The position numbers were made by a program, and so were the translations under genes. A stretch of DNA of 64,000 nt from a virus, in IMG/VR virus record IMGVR_UViG_3300038299_000097, positions 10,816 to 74,815 of that record; one strand, 5' to 3'. Positions 29,826 through 39,085 of this stretch are shown here, one piece after another. The number at the start of each line of letters is the position of its first letter. The stretch's first letter is position 1. The notes below the pieces were generated by a model. It saw only the letters and a program-made list of their open reading frames with translations, did not search any database and was not told the origin of the DNA.

Positions 29826-31868
29826 ATGTTACTATCCGAAAACGCAGTATATGTTCAGCCTTCTAAGTCAGCTCGTAGTAAGAGCAACTCAGTTAAAATT
29901 GCTAACCTGCTCTCTATTGAGTTAATGAACTACGGTATTCAGCTAAGTGCCGACCTTCGTAATTCAATTTCCAAGCTTAATGCCAAGGACGCTCAGTCAG
30001 TAGCTACTGAGATCCTTAAGGCTAACACCATGGGTAGTCTAACACCACCACTTTTCCGTAATTGGGAACAGCGTAATGCGTTCACCACTGGGGAGATCAT
30101 TGTGCAACTCTTTGCATACGTATTCCAAATCTCTGGTAATGATCTTTATGATCCAGAGTTCCTCAACAACCTTGACCGTGATTTTGATTACACCAAGACG
30201 CTCAACCTTGCTACCAAGGATGACGCAACCAAGAAGTTCAGCACTCTTGCAACCACACGAGTGCCACTCGACATGGCTTCTATGCAACTTGTAGTACAAC
30301 TTGCTAAGACACTTCCTTTGGACAACTGTGAACGTATCTTCTCTGATGAAGTTCGTGTGGCTGTTATCGACGGTGATGGCGGTTGTGACTTTAAATCTTT
30401 CAAAGGGCGACCAACTGACGTTCTTAAACTCTTCGCACTCCGCAAGAATCAAAACACTCTCGACATGAAACTACCTGTCGATGTCAAATTTGACGCCCTC
30501 TCATGGTCTGAGAGAATCAAAACACTTGAGTTCCTTGAGTCCTTCGGTTTCGAATATCTATCTGAAGAGATGGGTAAGAACCGTGGAGCTTGGTCTAAGT
30601 TCTTCAACCACATTCATGCTTTCGGGCAGAAGGGTTGGAGTAATAGATTCCCTAATTTCATGATGGCATCAATGGCATCCGTTCAACGTAATATTAGTCT
30701 AGTAGATAAGAAGACCGTCAAAGGTTTCTCAGAACTAATACTTAGTGGTGGCGTTGAAGTGGTTTCTAATAAGTTTGTTTACCGTACATTCGCTTCCCGT
30801 GTAGAATCAACACTCAAAAACTACAAGACATTTGATCAAGTGGTTGCAGTGTTTGGTAACAAGGGTTCTTATGTTCTCAACAACTTGACCTCTATTTCTA
30901 ACAAGATCAAGAAGGCAGACTCTCGTAAGTTTGTGGAGCTTGTTCGTGGGTTTCTTACCAATGCACCAGTCAAAACTCTGTTCTCTATTCTATCTATCGA
31001 TGTGAATGCAGAGTGGCGTGTGATTGATGTTAAGGGTAGCACCAAGATCGAAACTGCCAACTATAGTTCTGTCATTGGTGACATCCAAGGTGACATCAAG
31101 ATCGCCCTACATGAGCGTTTCGGGTTCGAGGGTAAGGTAACAGTCGATAAAGAGCTTGCGACACTAGGTGTGCCATTCTTGACCACTAGTTCACAACTTA
31201 GCCGTGGTACTCGTTACTCATTCACTGATGACGAATATCTCTACTTCTTCATGAAGTGGATTCAGCCAGAGAATCGGACTACAGATCTTGACCATAGCCT
31301 TCTTTACTTCGATGCGGATTGGAATTCACAACACGTTTCATTCTCTCGTCAAGTTGATACATTCATCCGACATGGTGGTGACATCACCAGTGCGCCAGCC
31401 CCACATGGTGCCAGTGAATACTCACGAGTTGATCTCAAACTAATCCCGAAAGCTGTTAAGTACATCGTACCATCAGTGTTCGTATATAGAGGTACTAAAC
31501 TTTCATTGAATGATGAGGCATATGCAGGATTCTACTTCGGTGATAACGATTCGTTCTCCCTTAAACAGGAACACACACGTTACGACTTCACTCAGCCATC
31601 AGGGTTTAACGTACCATTCATCATCGACGTTGAGAATCGCGAGATTGTAGTGGTGGATTATAACCAAGAGACCTCTGGTAATGTTGTTCAGTCTGCTGTA
31701 TGTGATATCAAGAACCTCATCAGTGCTACGAATTCTAAGAACTACATCACCGTTGAGGATCTAGCAGAGATTCTATCTGGTGATAAGGATACCACATCCT
31801 TAAATATCTCAAACGATAGTGGCGATGGTATAGTAGCACCACAGGATTTATTCTCACTGTTCGCATAA
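29826..31868 (+). CDS. Helical protein with C-terminal TerD-like domain; candidate Ro60/TROVE-like RNA-binding protein
   Basis: N-terminal ELMNYG...PLFRNW; C-terminal W...DLDHS...HGGDITSAP..GASEY; directly downstream of the RNA array. Confidence 0.65.
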   Translation: MLLSENAVYVQPSKSARSKSNSVKIANLLSIELMNYGIQLSADLRNSISKLNAKDAQSVATEILKANTMGSLTPPLFRNWEQRNAFTTGEIIVQLFAYVFQISGNDLYDPEFLNNLDRDFDYTKTLNLATKDDATKKFSTLATTRVPLDMASMQLVVQLAKTLPLDNCERIFSDEVRVAVIDGDGGCDFKSFKGRPTDVLKLFALRKNQNTLDMKLPVDVKFDALSWSERIKTLEFLESFGFEYLSEEMGKNRGAWSKFFNHIHAFGQKGWSNRFPNFMMASMASVQRNISLVDKKTVKGFSELILSGGVEVVSNKFVYRTFASRVESTLKNYKTFDQVVAVFGNKGSYVLNNLTSISNKIKKADSRKFVELVRGFLTNAPVKTLFSILSIDVNAEWRVIDVKGSTKIETANYSSVIGDIQGDIKIALHERFGFEGKVTVDKELATLGVPFLTTSSQLSRGTRYSFTDDEYLYFFMKWIQPENRTTDLDHSLLYFDADWNSQHVSFSRQVDTFIRHGGDITSAPAPHGASEYSRVDLKLIPKAVKYIVPSVFVYRGTKLSLNDEAYAGFYFGDNDSFSLKQEHTRYDFTQPSGFNVPFIIDVENREIVVVDYNQETSGNVVQSAVCDIKNLISATNSKNYITVEDLAEILSGDKDTTSLNISNDSGDGIVAPQDLFSLFA

Positions 31869-31882
31869 GACTTACAAAAATT

Positions 31883-31917
31883 CAACCCTCATACCTTAAG
31901 TGGTGTGGGGGTTTTTT
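31883..31917 (+). terminator. Intrinsic terminator
   Basis: aaccctcatacc/ggtgtgggggtt stem plus T-run; followed by TTGACA-N17-TAAGGT for rIIA. Confidence 0.75.
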
Positions 31918-31957
31918 ATTGACACAAACCGCCAAATATAGTAAGGTCTCTCCACAG

Positions 31958-33880
31958 ATGAATATACCCGTAGAACCACAGAACACAGTGAAGTCCAATA
32001 ATTTCGAGACTTCAGAGATGACCATCGAACTTGGTCAGATTAATATGGTAGCCCAGATTGTTAGGGATAAGATTTATACTGATAAACCCATGGCACCAGT
32101 TCGAGAGTATGGGTGCAATGCACTTGACGAACACCTAAAGCATAATGTTGGAAGGATGGTCGAGTTCACTATTGATGATATTAAAAGTACATTCAGCGTG
32201 AGGGACTTCGGTCTAGGACTTAGTAATGATTTTGTAATGAAAGTCTACGGCATGATAGGTAAGACCACTAAGAAGGATGACGACACCCAGACTGGTGGGT
32301 ATGGTCTAGGCTCTAAGTCTGGACATGCTTACGGTGATCAGTTCACTATCACGTCATACTACGGCGGTAAGAAGACTGTATACATTGCCATCCTTGAAGG
32401 AGATGGTGTACCAATTGGTGTGATCAACAAGGTTAGTGTAACAGACACTGATGAACCAACTGGTGTTGAGATCTCACTACCTATTAAAGATGGTGAACTA
32501 CCCTCATTCAAAGATCGCATGTCAACATTCCTTAAGGGTGTTCGTACTGACGTTGTGTACAATGGTGAGGTTCATAATGAAAGACACCCAACGGTTGAAG
32601 GCCATAGCCACATCCACCACAGTGCTTCCCATGTTAGAATGGGTGATGTTATCTATAAGATTGATTTCCCTACACAGTTCACCAAGAACAATATTCCTAT
32701 CACAATCGATGCACCGTTAACCTCTCTAACATTCCCCCCAAGCCGTGAGTCTATCGATAACACACCACACAACCAAAAGGTTATAGATGACATTATCAAT
32801 GAGTACATGGCTATTGAGGATCTAAAATTTAAAGAGTTGCTTAAGACTGAGAAGGTGAACACACTACTCAAACTTGCCACATCAACCCAGACATACAGGT
32901 ATCTTGTAACTCTCAATAACTATGTTAAAGACGGTCTTACTATATCAACCAAGACTCAACTTGGTTATGTGATGGCAAATAATGATATACTTATGAGCTA
33001 TATGGATCAGCGTGATGGTTATGAAGTTTTCAAACATAATCGTGATCAGAACGCTAAACCTAAGAAGATGGAACTTAGTACGATTGAGATGACTAACTTC
33101 TTCATATCTAAAAGGCGGTGTGGTGTACCACTATCTAACGAGATCGTTAAGCACTATGATAAAGACGATCTTAAATATGACAAATACTGTACAGAGTTCT
33201 CGGTTATATATGAACACAAAGGTAACCAAGAATTCATCACAGAGCTTCGCAAGGTTCTAGAGTGTCGTGATCTTGATGAAGACGTGTACATTAAAACCAA
33301 TGTTACCAGAGCCGCAACCAAAGCTCGTAGAGGTAAGGTAGAGTTCAGTAAACTTAATAAAGTAGAGTATGGTAGAATTAGAAATAATGATACCGACATC
33401 AATTCTCTTGTTAAGTCATACCCATTATTCTACTCCGACTGGCAGGATTATTCCAGACGTACAAAACAACCTTACTATAAACTCACCAAGGTACAATTTG
33501 AATACCTAAAATCTAAGGGTTATAAGATGGTTCATATGACTAATATGAATGATACACTAAAACAGATGGTGTATGATAAGTCTACCAAGCTAGAACGTTT
33601 CCAGTATGCTAAGTATAGGTTCATAGAAAAGTCTGATGTTCGTAAACATTTTGCCAAGGGTGTTATGTTTAAGCAACCTAGATATAAGAAATCATTTGAT
33701 GCATTCAAAGATATTGATTATGATGAGTCTGTTGAGTATAAGAAGTTTATTGACATTCTAGGTAGAGTGAGTGATAATATATTACCTTCTTGGAAAGTTC
33801 GAGCAATGAAAAGGCTCGCAGGTTTCAACGGTGCTACAGAACACAAAGAGGCAATGGATATAATTTTACACGCAAAATAA
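31958..33880 (+). CDS. rIIA: rIIA-like protein (N-terminal GHKL/HATPase domain)
   Basis: IYTDKPMAPVREYGCNALD, SVRDFGLG and GGYGLGSKS motifs; adjacent to rIIB. Confidence 0.88.
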   Translation: MNIPVEPQNTVKSNNFETSEMTIELGQINMVAQIVRDKIYTDKPMAPVREYGCNALDEHLKHNVGRMVEFTIDDIKSTFSVRDFGLGLSNDFVMKVYGMIGKTTKKDDDTQTGGYGLGSKSGHAYGDQFTITSYYGGKKTVYIAILEGDGVPIGVINKVSVTDTDEPTGVEISLPIKDGELPSFKDRMSTFLKGVRTDVVYNGEVHNERHPTVEGHSHIHHSASHVRMGDVIYKIDFPTQFTKNNIPITIDAPLTSLTFPPSRESIDNTPHNQKVIDDIINEYMAIEDLKFKELLKTEKVNTLLKLATSTQTYRYLVTLNNYVKDGLTISTKTQLGYVMANNDILMSYMDQRDGYEVFKHNRDQNAKPKKMELSTIEMTNFFISKRRCGVPLSNEIVKHYDKDDLKYDKYCTEFSVIYEHKGNQEFITELRKVLECRDLDEDVYIKTNVTRAATKARRGKVEFSKLNKVEYGRIRNNDTDINSLVKSYPLFYSDWQDYSRRTKQPYYKLTKVQFEYLKSKGYKMVHMTNMNDTLKQMVYDKSTKLERFQYAKYRFIEKSDVRKHFAKGVMFKQPRYKKSFDAFKDIDYDESVEYKKFIDILGRVSDNILPSWKVRAMKRLAGFNGATEHKEAMDIILHAK

Positions 33881-33881
33881 T

Positions 33882-34862
33882 ATGAAGAAAACAGAATACG
33901 CTTATAGCAATGGTGGCGTAACAATAATCAATATGCTAACAGGGGAACCCACCTCGTTCGAGTCGGGGTCTAAGGACTATGATTTTGTATTGGAGAACAT
34001 CGATGACGATGATCAACTATATAGAATCGTTACAGAAGGTATCGAACAATTCTTTGAAAAGGAGTTGGTCAACATCTTTGATGAACACAAGGACTTTATC
34101 ATGGTGGCTGGTCACAAAGTGAAGAACCACCTTGTATCAACTTGGATCGATATCCGACACAAGGGTGGTGATACCCAAGCGTATGAACTATTCCTTGAGA
34201 ACCTAGCTCGTAATCCATCAGCCACATCCATCAAGGAATTGGTAGACTTCCTATCACACGGGGGTTTCCCTATCACTGAAGATGGTTGCTTCCTAGCATA
34301 CAAGGGAGTCCAAACAAATGGTTGGAGTGTTAAAGGTAACTTGGACACCGTGGTGTTAGAGGGTGATACCAACTCAAAGGGTCAGATCAACAACGTACTA
34401 GGGGGTACCATCCGTATCAAACGAGCATCATGTGATGATGACCGTAAGAAGACATGTAGTTTTGGTGTCCACGTTGGTACTTTTAACTATGCATCTAACT
34501 GGGGTGATCGACTTGTACTGGTCAAGGTCAATCCAGAAGACGTGGTGTCTGTACCAGTTGATGGTTATGAGAAGCTCCGTTGTTGTGCCTATAGTGTCGA
34601 GAAGCTTTATGGTAAGGCTGAGGGTGAATTAGAACAATCAACTGCTAACATCGTTGAAGGTGAGATTGTCACCGCTGACACTGCTGTAACGGTTGCTGAT
34701 ATGGTCAAACTGGCGATTTATGAATACAACTGCTTCAAGGTGTGTGACGTAGAAATGTGGGTCCGTTGTGAGTATAGTATAGCACTCAACGAGGTTCAAA
34801 TCATCAATGCTGTTAAGGAATTGGGTATGCGCGTTGTCGGCGTTGACACGATTCTGGTCTAG
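33882..34862 (+). CDS. rIIB: rIIB-like protein
   Basis: PITEDGCFLAYKGV, CSFGVHV and VKVNPEDVVSVPVD..KLRCC motifs. Confidence 0.9.
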   Translation: MKKTEYAYSNGGVTIINMLTGEPTSFESGSKDYDFVLENIDDDDQLYRIVTEGIEQFFEKELVNIFDEHKDFIMVAGHKVKNHLVSTWIDIRHKGGDTQAYELFLENLARNPSATSIKELVDFLSHGGFPITEDGCFLAYKGVQTNGWSVKGNLDTVVLEGDTNSKGQINNVLGGTIRIKRASCDDDRKKTCSFGVHVGTFNYASNWGDRLVLVKVNPEDVVSVPVDGYEKLRCCAYSVEKLYGKAEGELEQSTANIVEGEIVTADTAVTVADMVKLAIYEYNCFKVCDVEMWVRCEYSIALNEVQIINAVKELGMRVVGVDTILV

Positions 34863-34973
34863 CCCTCACATTTGAGACAAACGTTTGTTTGAATACCCTC
34901 TGAAATGGGGGGGGGGGGTATTCTACTCAACTAAAGAGTATTGACGAATATGACGAATTGGCTAAATAGAATT

Positions 34974-35516
34974 ATGAGTAGGTTTTTAGATGCGATAGGG
35001 AAGGTGAGAGATCACAAAGATGAAGTGATATTACAGGAAATGCCCGAAATAGCAAAGGTACAGGATTTCGATATGAGTAGTGTATATACTAATATGAAGA
35101 AAGACCTTGTAGAGGTAGGAGACTTCGAGATATACAAGATCATGAAATCTGATAAGGGTGAGTATATACACGAATTCCTAGTAGATTCCAAGGGTAAGCC
35201 TGTATTGTATAGCTCTTATCAACACTCTGAAGGGTTTGGAATATTCGAGAAGAGTGTATACCAGCACAATAGCACGGTAGGGTTGGCACGTAGGTTCTAT
35301 GTACACTACCTTATACCTAAGTACAACGTAATCATTTCTGATGAACAACTCTCAGAGGCAGGGTTCAAGTTTTATGAGAAACTATTTGACAGTTTGACCA
35401 TTAAAGTGTTGGATACCACCACAAAGCAGGTGGGGTCACTAGACTCTGTTGATGAGATGGATGAATATTTCACAATGGGTTCTAGTAGATATCGATTCAT
35501 GCTAACCAAAAAGTAA
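34974..35516 (+). CDS. Hypothetical protein, GNAT-like motif
   Basis: GLARRFY...ISDEQLSEAGFKFYEKL; TAAATA-N5-ATG. Confidence 0.55.
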   Translation: MSRFLDAIGKVRDHKDEVILQEMPEIAKVQDFDMSSVYTNMKKDLVEVGDFEIYKIMKSDKGEYIHEFLVDSKGKPVLYSSYQHSEGFGIFEKSVYQHNSTVGLARRFYVHYLIPKYNVIISDEQLSEAGFKFYEKLFDSLTIKVLDTTTKQVGSLDSVDEMDEYFTMGSSRYRFMLTKK

Positions 35517-35524
35517 TTAACAAT

Positions 35525-36133
35525 ATGAGTAAATTTAATAAATCAATCCAAAAGGTAACCGAGGCTACCTCTACCACACCAACATCAACACCATATGGTT
35601 CATCCGAAATTTCATCGACCACCGATGCCGCACGATTTTCACAAGCACAGGAAAGTGCAATGAACAAACGAGTTGGTGATAAAAACCAAGTTGATGTCCT
35701 AAGTGAATCAGAGGCTCAAGACATTCTTAATGGTGGTGGTAAGCTTTACCTCTCATCTGATAACACCACTGGCGCATATCTAAAGGCTGATGGTTACATG
35801 GGCGGTCTCTTTAAAGACCCTACAGCTAACCGTACAGGTGCTGCAAAGGTCTTACAGCAGATTCGTCGGGATGATGGTGGCTACTTCTTCGATGCCTATG
35901 CTACACACCTTGAGGATATCTACATTAAGAATGACTTCAGACCTGTTGCTCGTCTAGACTTCGTCAAAGACTATGCACCAGTAGGTTGGGATGATGAAGG
36001 TTCATCCTTATCAACCCGACCAGATGTGGCATTCTTTATCTATGACCCAGTAACTAAAGGTGTTAAAGGTGAAGGTCAGCGCATGACCGATTGGGATGAA
36101 GCTTATGAGTTGGCTAAAACCACTGGTAGATAA
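35525..36133 (+). CDS. Hypothetical protein, possible GNAT-like domain
   Basis: GLFKDP..GAAK..FFDAY..IY..FRPVARL..YAP.GW..RPDV motif; TAATTA-N5-ATG. Confidence 0.55.
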   Translation: MSKFNKSIQKVTEATSTTPTSTPYGSSEISSTTDAARFSQAQESAMNKRVGDKNQVDVLSESEAQDILNGGGKLYLSSDNTTGAYLKADGYMGGLFKDPTANRTGAAKVLQQIRRDDGGYFFDAYATHLEDIYIKNDFRPVARLDFVKDYAPVGWDDEGSSLSTRPDVAFFIYDPVTKGVKGEGQRMTDWDEAYELAKTTGR

Positions 36134-36136
36134 ATT

Positions 36137-36502
36137 ATGAAACTAATCATAGCTGGCGGTAGAGAATATAAATTTACACCCAGCGACATAACACGCCTCG
36201 ATGAAATTCGGGGCGTTTTTAGTGAGGTGGTGTGTGGTTGTGCTCGTGGTGCCGACACCGAGGGTAGGTTATGGGCTGAGTCCCGTGGTGTGCCAGTAGT
36301 GGAGTTCCCTGCTGACTGGAAGAGGCTTGGTAAATCTGCGGGGTATATACGCAACCAAGAGATGTCAACGTATGCTGACGGGGTTGTACTGTTCAAAGGT
36401 GGTAATGGCACCGATCACATGTTTAGGATAGCCACCAAGGACAAGCTACACATATGGGACTGGCGAGAAGATGACGAAGATCCCTTTTTGTTGTTGACGT
36501 AA
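36137..36502 (+). CDS. YspA/SLOG-family protein (DUF2493-like)
   Basis: IIAGGR, GCARGAD, FPADW..GKSAGYIRN and GT..M motifs. Confidence 0.85.
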   Translation: MKLIIAGGREYKFTPSDITRLDEIRGVFSEVVCGCARGADTEGRLWAESRGVPVVEFPADWKRLGKSAGYIRNQEMSTYADGVVLFKGGNGTDHMFRIATKDKLHIWDWREDDEDPFLLLT

Positions 36503-36529
36503 AACTAAAAGTGGTGTATCTATTCATAC

Positions 36530-36733
36530 ATGAATTGGCAACCAATTAACACCGCACCCCCTAATGCAATCTTTCTAGTATCTGGGGGTGGTGATTTTGC
36601 TGTAGCTGAACTGAGTTGTGGTACACTACTACCTGCGGGTGGTTTGGTACCCAGCTATGATCAAGGTTGTAGTATCGAGTTCGATTTCGTACCTACACAC
36701 TGGGCACACATTACATCATCACCAACAGACTAA
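36530..36733 (+). CDS. DUF551-like small protein
   Basis: WQPINTAP...PTHW motif. Confidence 0.7.
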   Translation: MNWQPINTAPPNAIFLVSGGGDFAVAELSCGTLLPAGGLVPSYDQGCSIEFDFVPTHWAHITSSPTD

Positions 36734-36737
36734 ACTT

Positions 36738-37004
36738 ATGAGACGGCAAATTAAATGGATCAGTGAACTGGGTGGTAGTTTCGATACCCCTAAAGAGGCA
36801 TTCGATGATGAGGGGCGGTTGCCTAGTATCATCGCTACATATGAGGCTGACCTAGTCAAGATGGAGACTACTGGTGAATTTAATGGCAGCACCGATGATA
36901 TCGAAGGGTGGATTGACACATGGAAAGATGCCATTGCTATTTATAAAGCAAAATGGGTGAAGGCTAGACCTTTGGGTCTTGACAAATTTACAGAACCAGA
37001 ATAG
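36738..37004 (+). CDS. Hypothetical protein
   Basis: Start moved to ATG 36738, after the previous stop. Confidence 0.55.
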   Translation: MRRQIKWISELGGSFDTPKEAFDDEGRLPSIIATYEADLVKMETTGEFNGSTDDIEGWIDTWKDAIAIYKAKWVKARPLGLDKFTEPE

Positions 37005-37013
37005 CATACCGAT

Positions 37014-37478
37014 ATGAAATTAGATTCATGGCACGTTAACCTTTATAAGAAACTTACAGATTATAAGAAACTTACAGATTGTAAGAACCTACCCAGAACC
37101 TACCCCACCTACATACTAATGTGGTGTGGGTCGGTAATAACATATCCACTATTATTTGTATTATCACACGCAGTTGCTTTACAATGTGCATTGTTTGGTG
37201 TGTTATTCAATAATGACATCAGTACTATGAGCGGTACGCTGGACTATTATAGAGATATGTATAAGATGTTATTCAAAGGTGATCTATGCAGTGACGGTGG
37301 TGGGGAATGGGAATGTATATGTTTAATCTATGGTGCAGTCATGACAGTTTTAACTATAATGCTCATGATTAATGTCCCGATACTACTAACCATACCAATT
37401 AGTATATTAATTTCCAAGGTCTTTATATGCTGGATTGTAAAGATAATTTATAACTCAACACAAATCAAATGGAAATAA
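37014..37478 (+). CDS. Membrane protein
   Basis: Hydrophobic segments; TTGACA-N17-TAGCAT-N6-ATG; 18-bp tandem repeat (YKKLTD x2). Confidence 0.65.
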   Translation: MKLDSWHVNLYKKLTDYKKLTDCKNLPRTYPTYILMWCGSVITYPLLFVLSHAVALQCALFGVLFNNDISTMSGTLDYYRDMYKMLFKGDLCSDGGGEWECICLIYGAVMTVLTIMLMINVPILLTIPISILISKVFICWIVKIIYNSTQIKWK

Positions 37479-37663
37479 ATATGGATAAACCAGAACACAG
37501 GCTCAGAGAGTCAACAGGCGATCAATTTTATGATCGAGCAGTAGGTATCTTAATAGGCTTTAAGGAAGTATTAGAAGCCCGAGATGGTCACATTGATATC
37601 ATCACTGTACAGGCAGCGGTAGAGGAAATGAAAACCCTAAAAGAAATCAAACAAAATGGATGA
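37469..37663 (+). CDS. Small hypothetical protein
   Basis: Coupled ORF. Confidence 0.5.
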   Translation: MEINMDKPEHRLRESTGDQFYDRAVGILIGFKEVLEARDGHIDIITVQAAVEEMKTLKEIKQNG

Positions 37664-39050
37664 AACACAAATAACAATGGATGATATGTTCAAACCCTCA
37701 CCAAATGAGGGTAAGATGTTCACAGGGGTTCAGTGCCCTAAAATGTTGGAGACTTTAAAATACGTACAAGAGTTCGTAGATAAAATGAAATCCACGTCGA
37801 AGTCTACTGAGAAGATTGAGATCCTAAAAGACCTAGGTAAAAATCATATGGTTCAGAAGGCTCTAGTGTTCACACAAGACCCTTTCCGTAAGTACCATCT
37901 AAAGTCTTCCAAGTGTCGTAAAATGGATCACCTTTGTAATCCCTCTTATAATAACCTATGGGATTTGCTCTATATGCTAACTGAGCGGCGTATCTCGGGT
38001 AATGATGCTTGTGCAGCCATGAATGGTTTCGTCAGTATATACCCAGAATATGAAGAAGTCATCTTCAGTATATTGGATAAGAATATGAAGATCCGTTCTT
38101 CAGAGTCTACTATCAACAAGATATATCCTAAGCTGATCCCTACGTTCAAAGTGGCACTAGCACAGCCGTTCAACCCTAAGAGGGCAAATTGGGCGACTGA
38201 GACGTGGTATGGGTCGCGTAAGCTTGATGGTGTACGTTGTATTGTAATCTATAATCACGAGCTTCAGACCATCAAGGCATTGTCTCGTGAGGGTAATGAG
38301 TTCGAAACGCTACAGGTTGTTAAAGATGACATCCTAGCACTAGGTCTAACCGAGAGTATGGTGTTCGATGGTGAGATTTGCATCATGGATGTTAACGGTG
38401 ATGAGGACTTCTCAGCCGTCATGAAGGAAATCAAATGTAAGGATCACACCATCAAGAAACCCAGATACATTCTGTTCGATTGCCTAACCATGAAAGAGTT
38501 CGAGGACCTAACAAGTGTCCGTATCCTATCTGAGCGCATCAAATTCCTAAAGGATGTTATATTTCTAGGTGGGGACAACTCTGGTTGTCTAACAGTACTA
38601 GAACAGGTGGTAATCACTGATGAAGCCTGTATTGCTGAACTTGTTGATGATGCAGATAAGCGTGGTTTTGAGGGTATCATGGTTCGTAAGAATACTGTGT
38701 ATGAGGGTAAGCGATCATACAATCTTCTTAAAGTTAAGAAGTTTCATGATGCCGAATACAAAGTGGTGGGTGTTGAAATTAATGAATCATACCGAATTGT
38801 CAAGGATGGTAAGGAGATTGAAGAGCCATTACTAGCTAAGGCGGTCATCATACATAAAGGCACTGAGGTTGGTGTTGGTTCTGGTTGGTCGCAAGATCAA
38901 CGTAGAAACTTCTATCACAACCCAGACCTTCTTATAGGTAGAACCATTACGGTTCAATATTTTGAAGAGACCAAGAATTCCAAGACTGGTAAATACAGCC
39001 TTCGCTTCCCCGTAGTAAAACATATTTGGGATGCATTGAGGGACATTTAG
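37656..39050 (+). CDS. lig: ATP-dependent DNA ligase
   Basis: KLDGVR, FDGEI, EGIMVR, LLKVK and SLRFP motifs. Confidence 0.95.
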   Translation: MDETQITMDDMFKPSPNEGKMFTGVQCPKMLETLKYVQEFVDKMKSTSKSTEKIEILKDLGKNHMVQKALVFTQDPFRKYHLKSSKCRKMDHLCNPSYNNLWDLLYMLTERRISGNDACAAMNGFVSIYPEYEEVIFSILDKNMKIRSSESTINKIYPKLIPTFKVALAQPFNPKRANWATETWYGSRKLDGVRCIVIYNHELQTIKALSREGNEFETLQVVKDDILALGLTESMVFDGEICIMDVNGDEDFSAVMKEIKCKDHTIKKPRYILFDCLTMKEFEDLTSVRILSERIKFLKDVIFLGGDNSGCLTVLEQVVITDEACIAELVDDADKRGFEGIMVRKNTVYEGKRSYNLLKVKKFHDAEYKVVGVEINESYRIVKDGKEIEEPLLAKAVIIHKGTEVGVGSGWSQDQRRNFYHNPDLLIGRTITVQYFEETKNSKTGKYSLRFPVVKHIWDALRDI

Positions 39051-39085
39051 TATTGTAAGGATTGGCTTCTTAGGTAATTAGATAT

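Noticed and set aside
34891-34924. G12 run after rIIB as a phase-variation tract
   Set aside because: It is intergenic and lies in the 3' arm of a gaataccc/gggtattc hairpin; more likely a terminator with homopolymer slippage or a sequencing error
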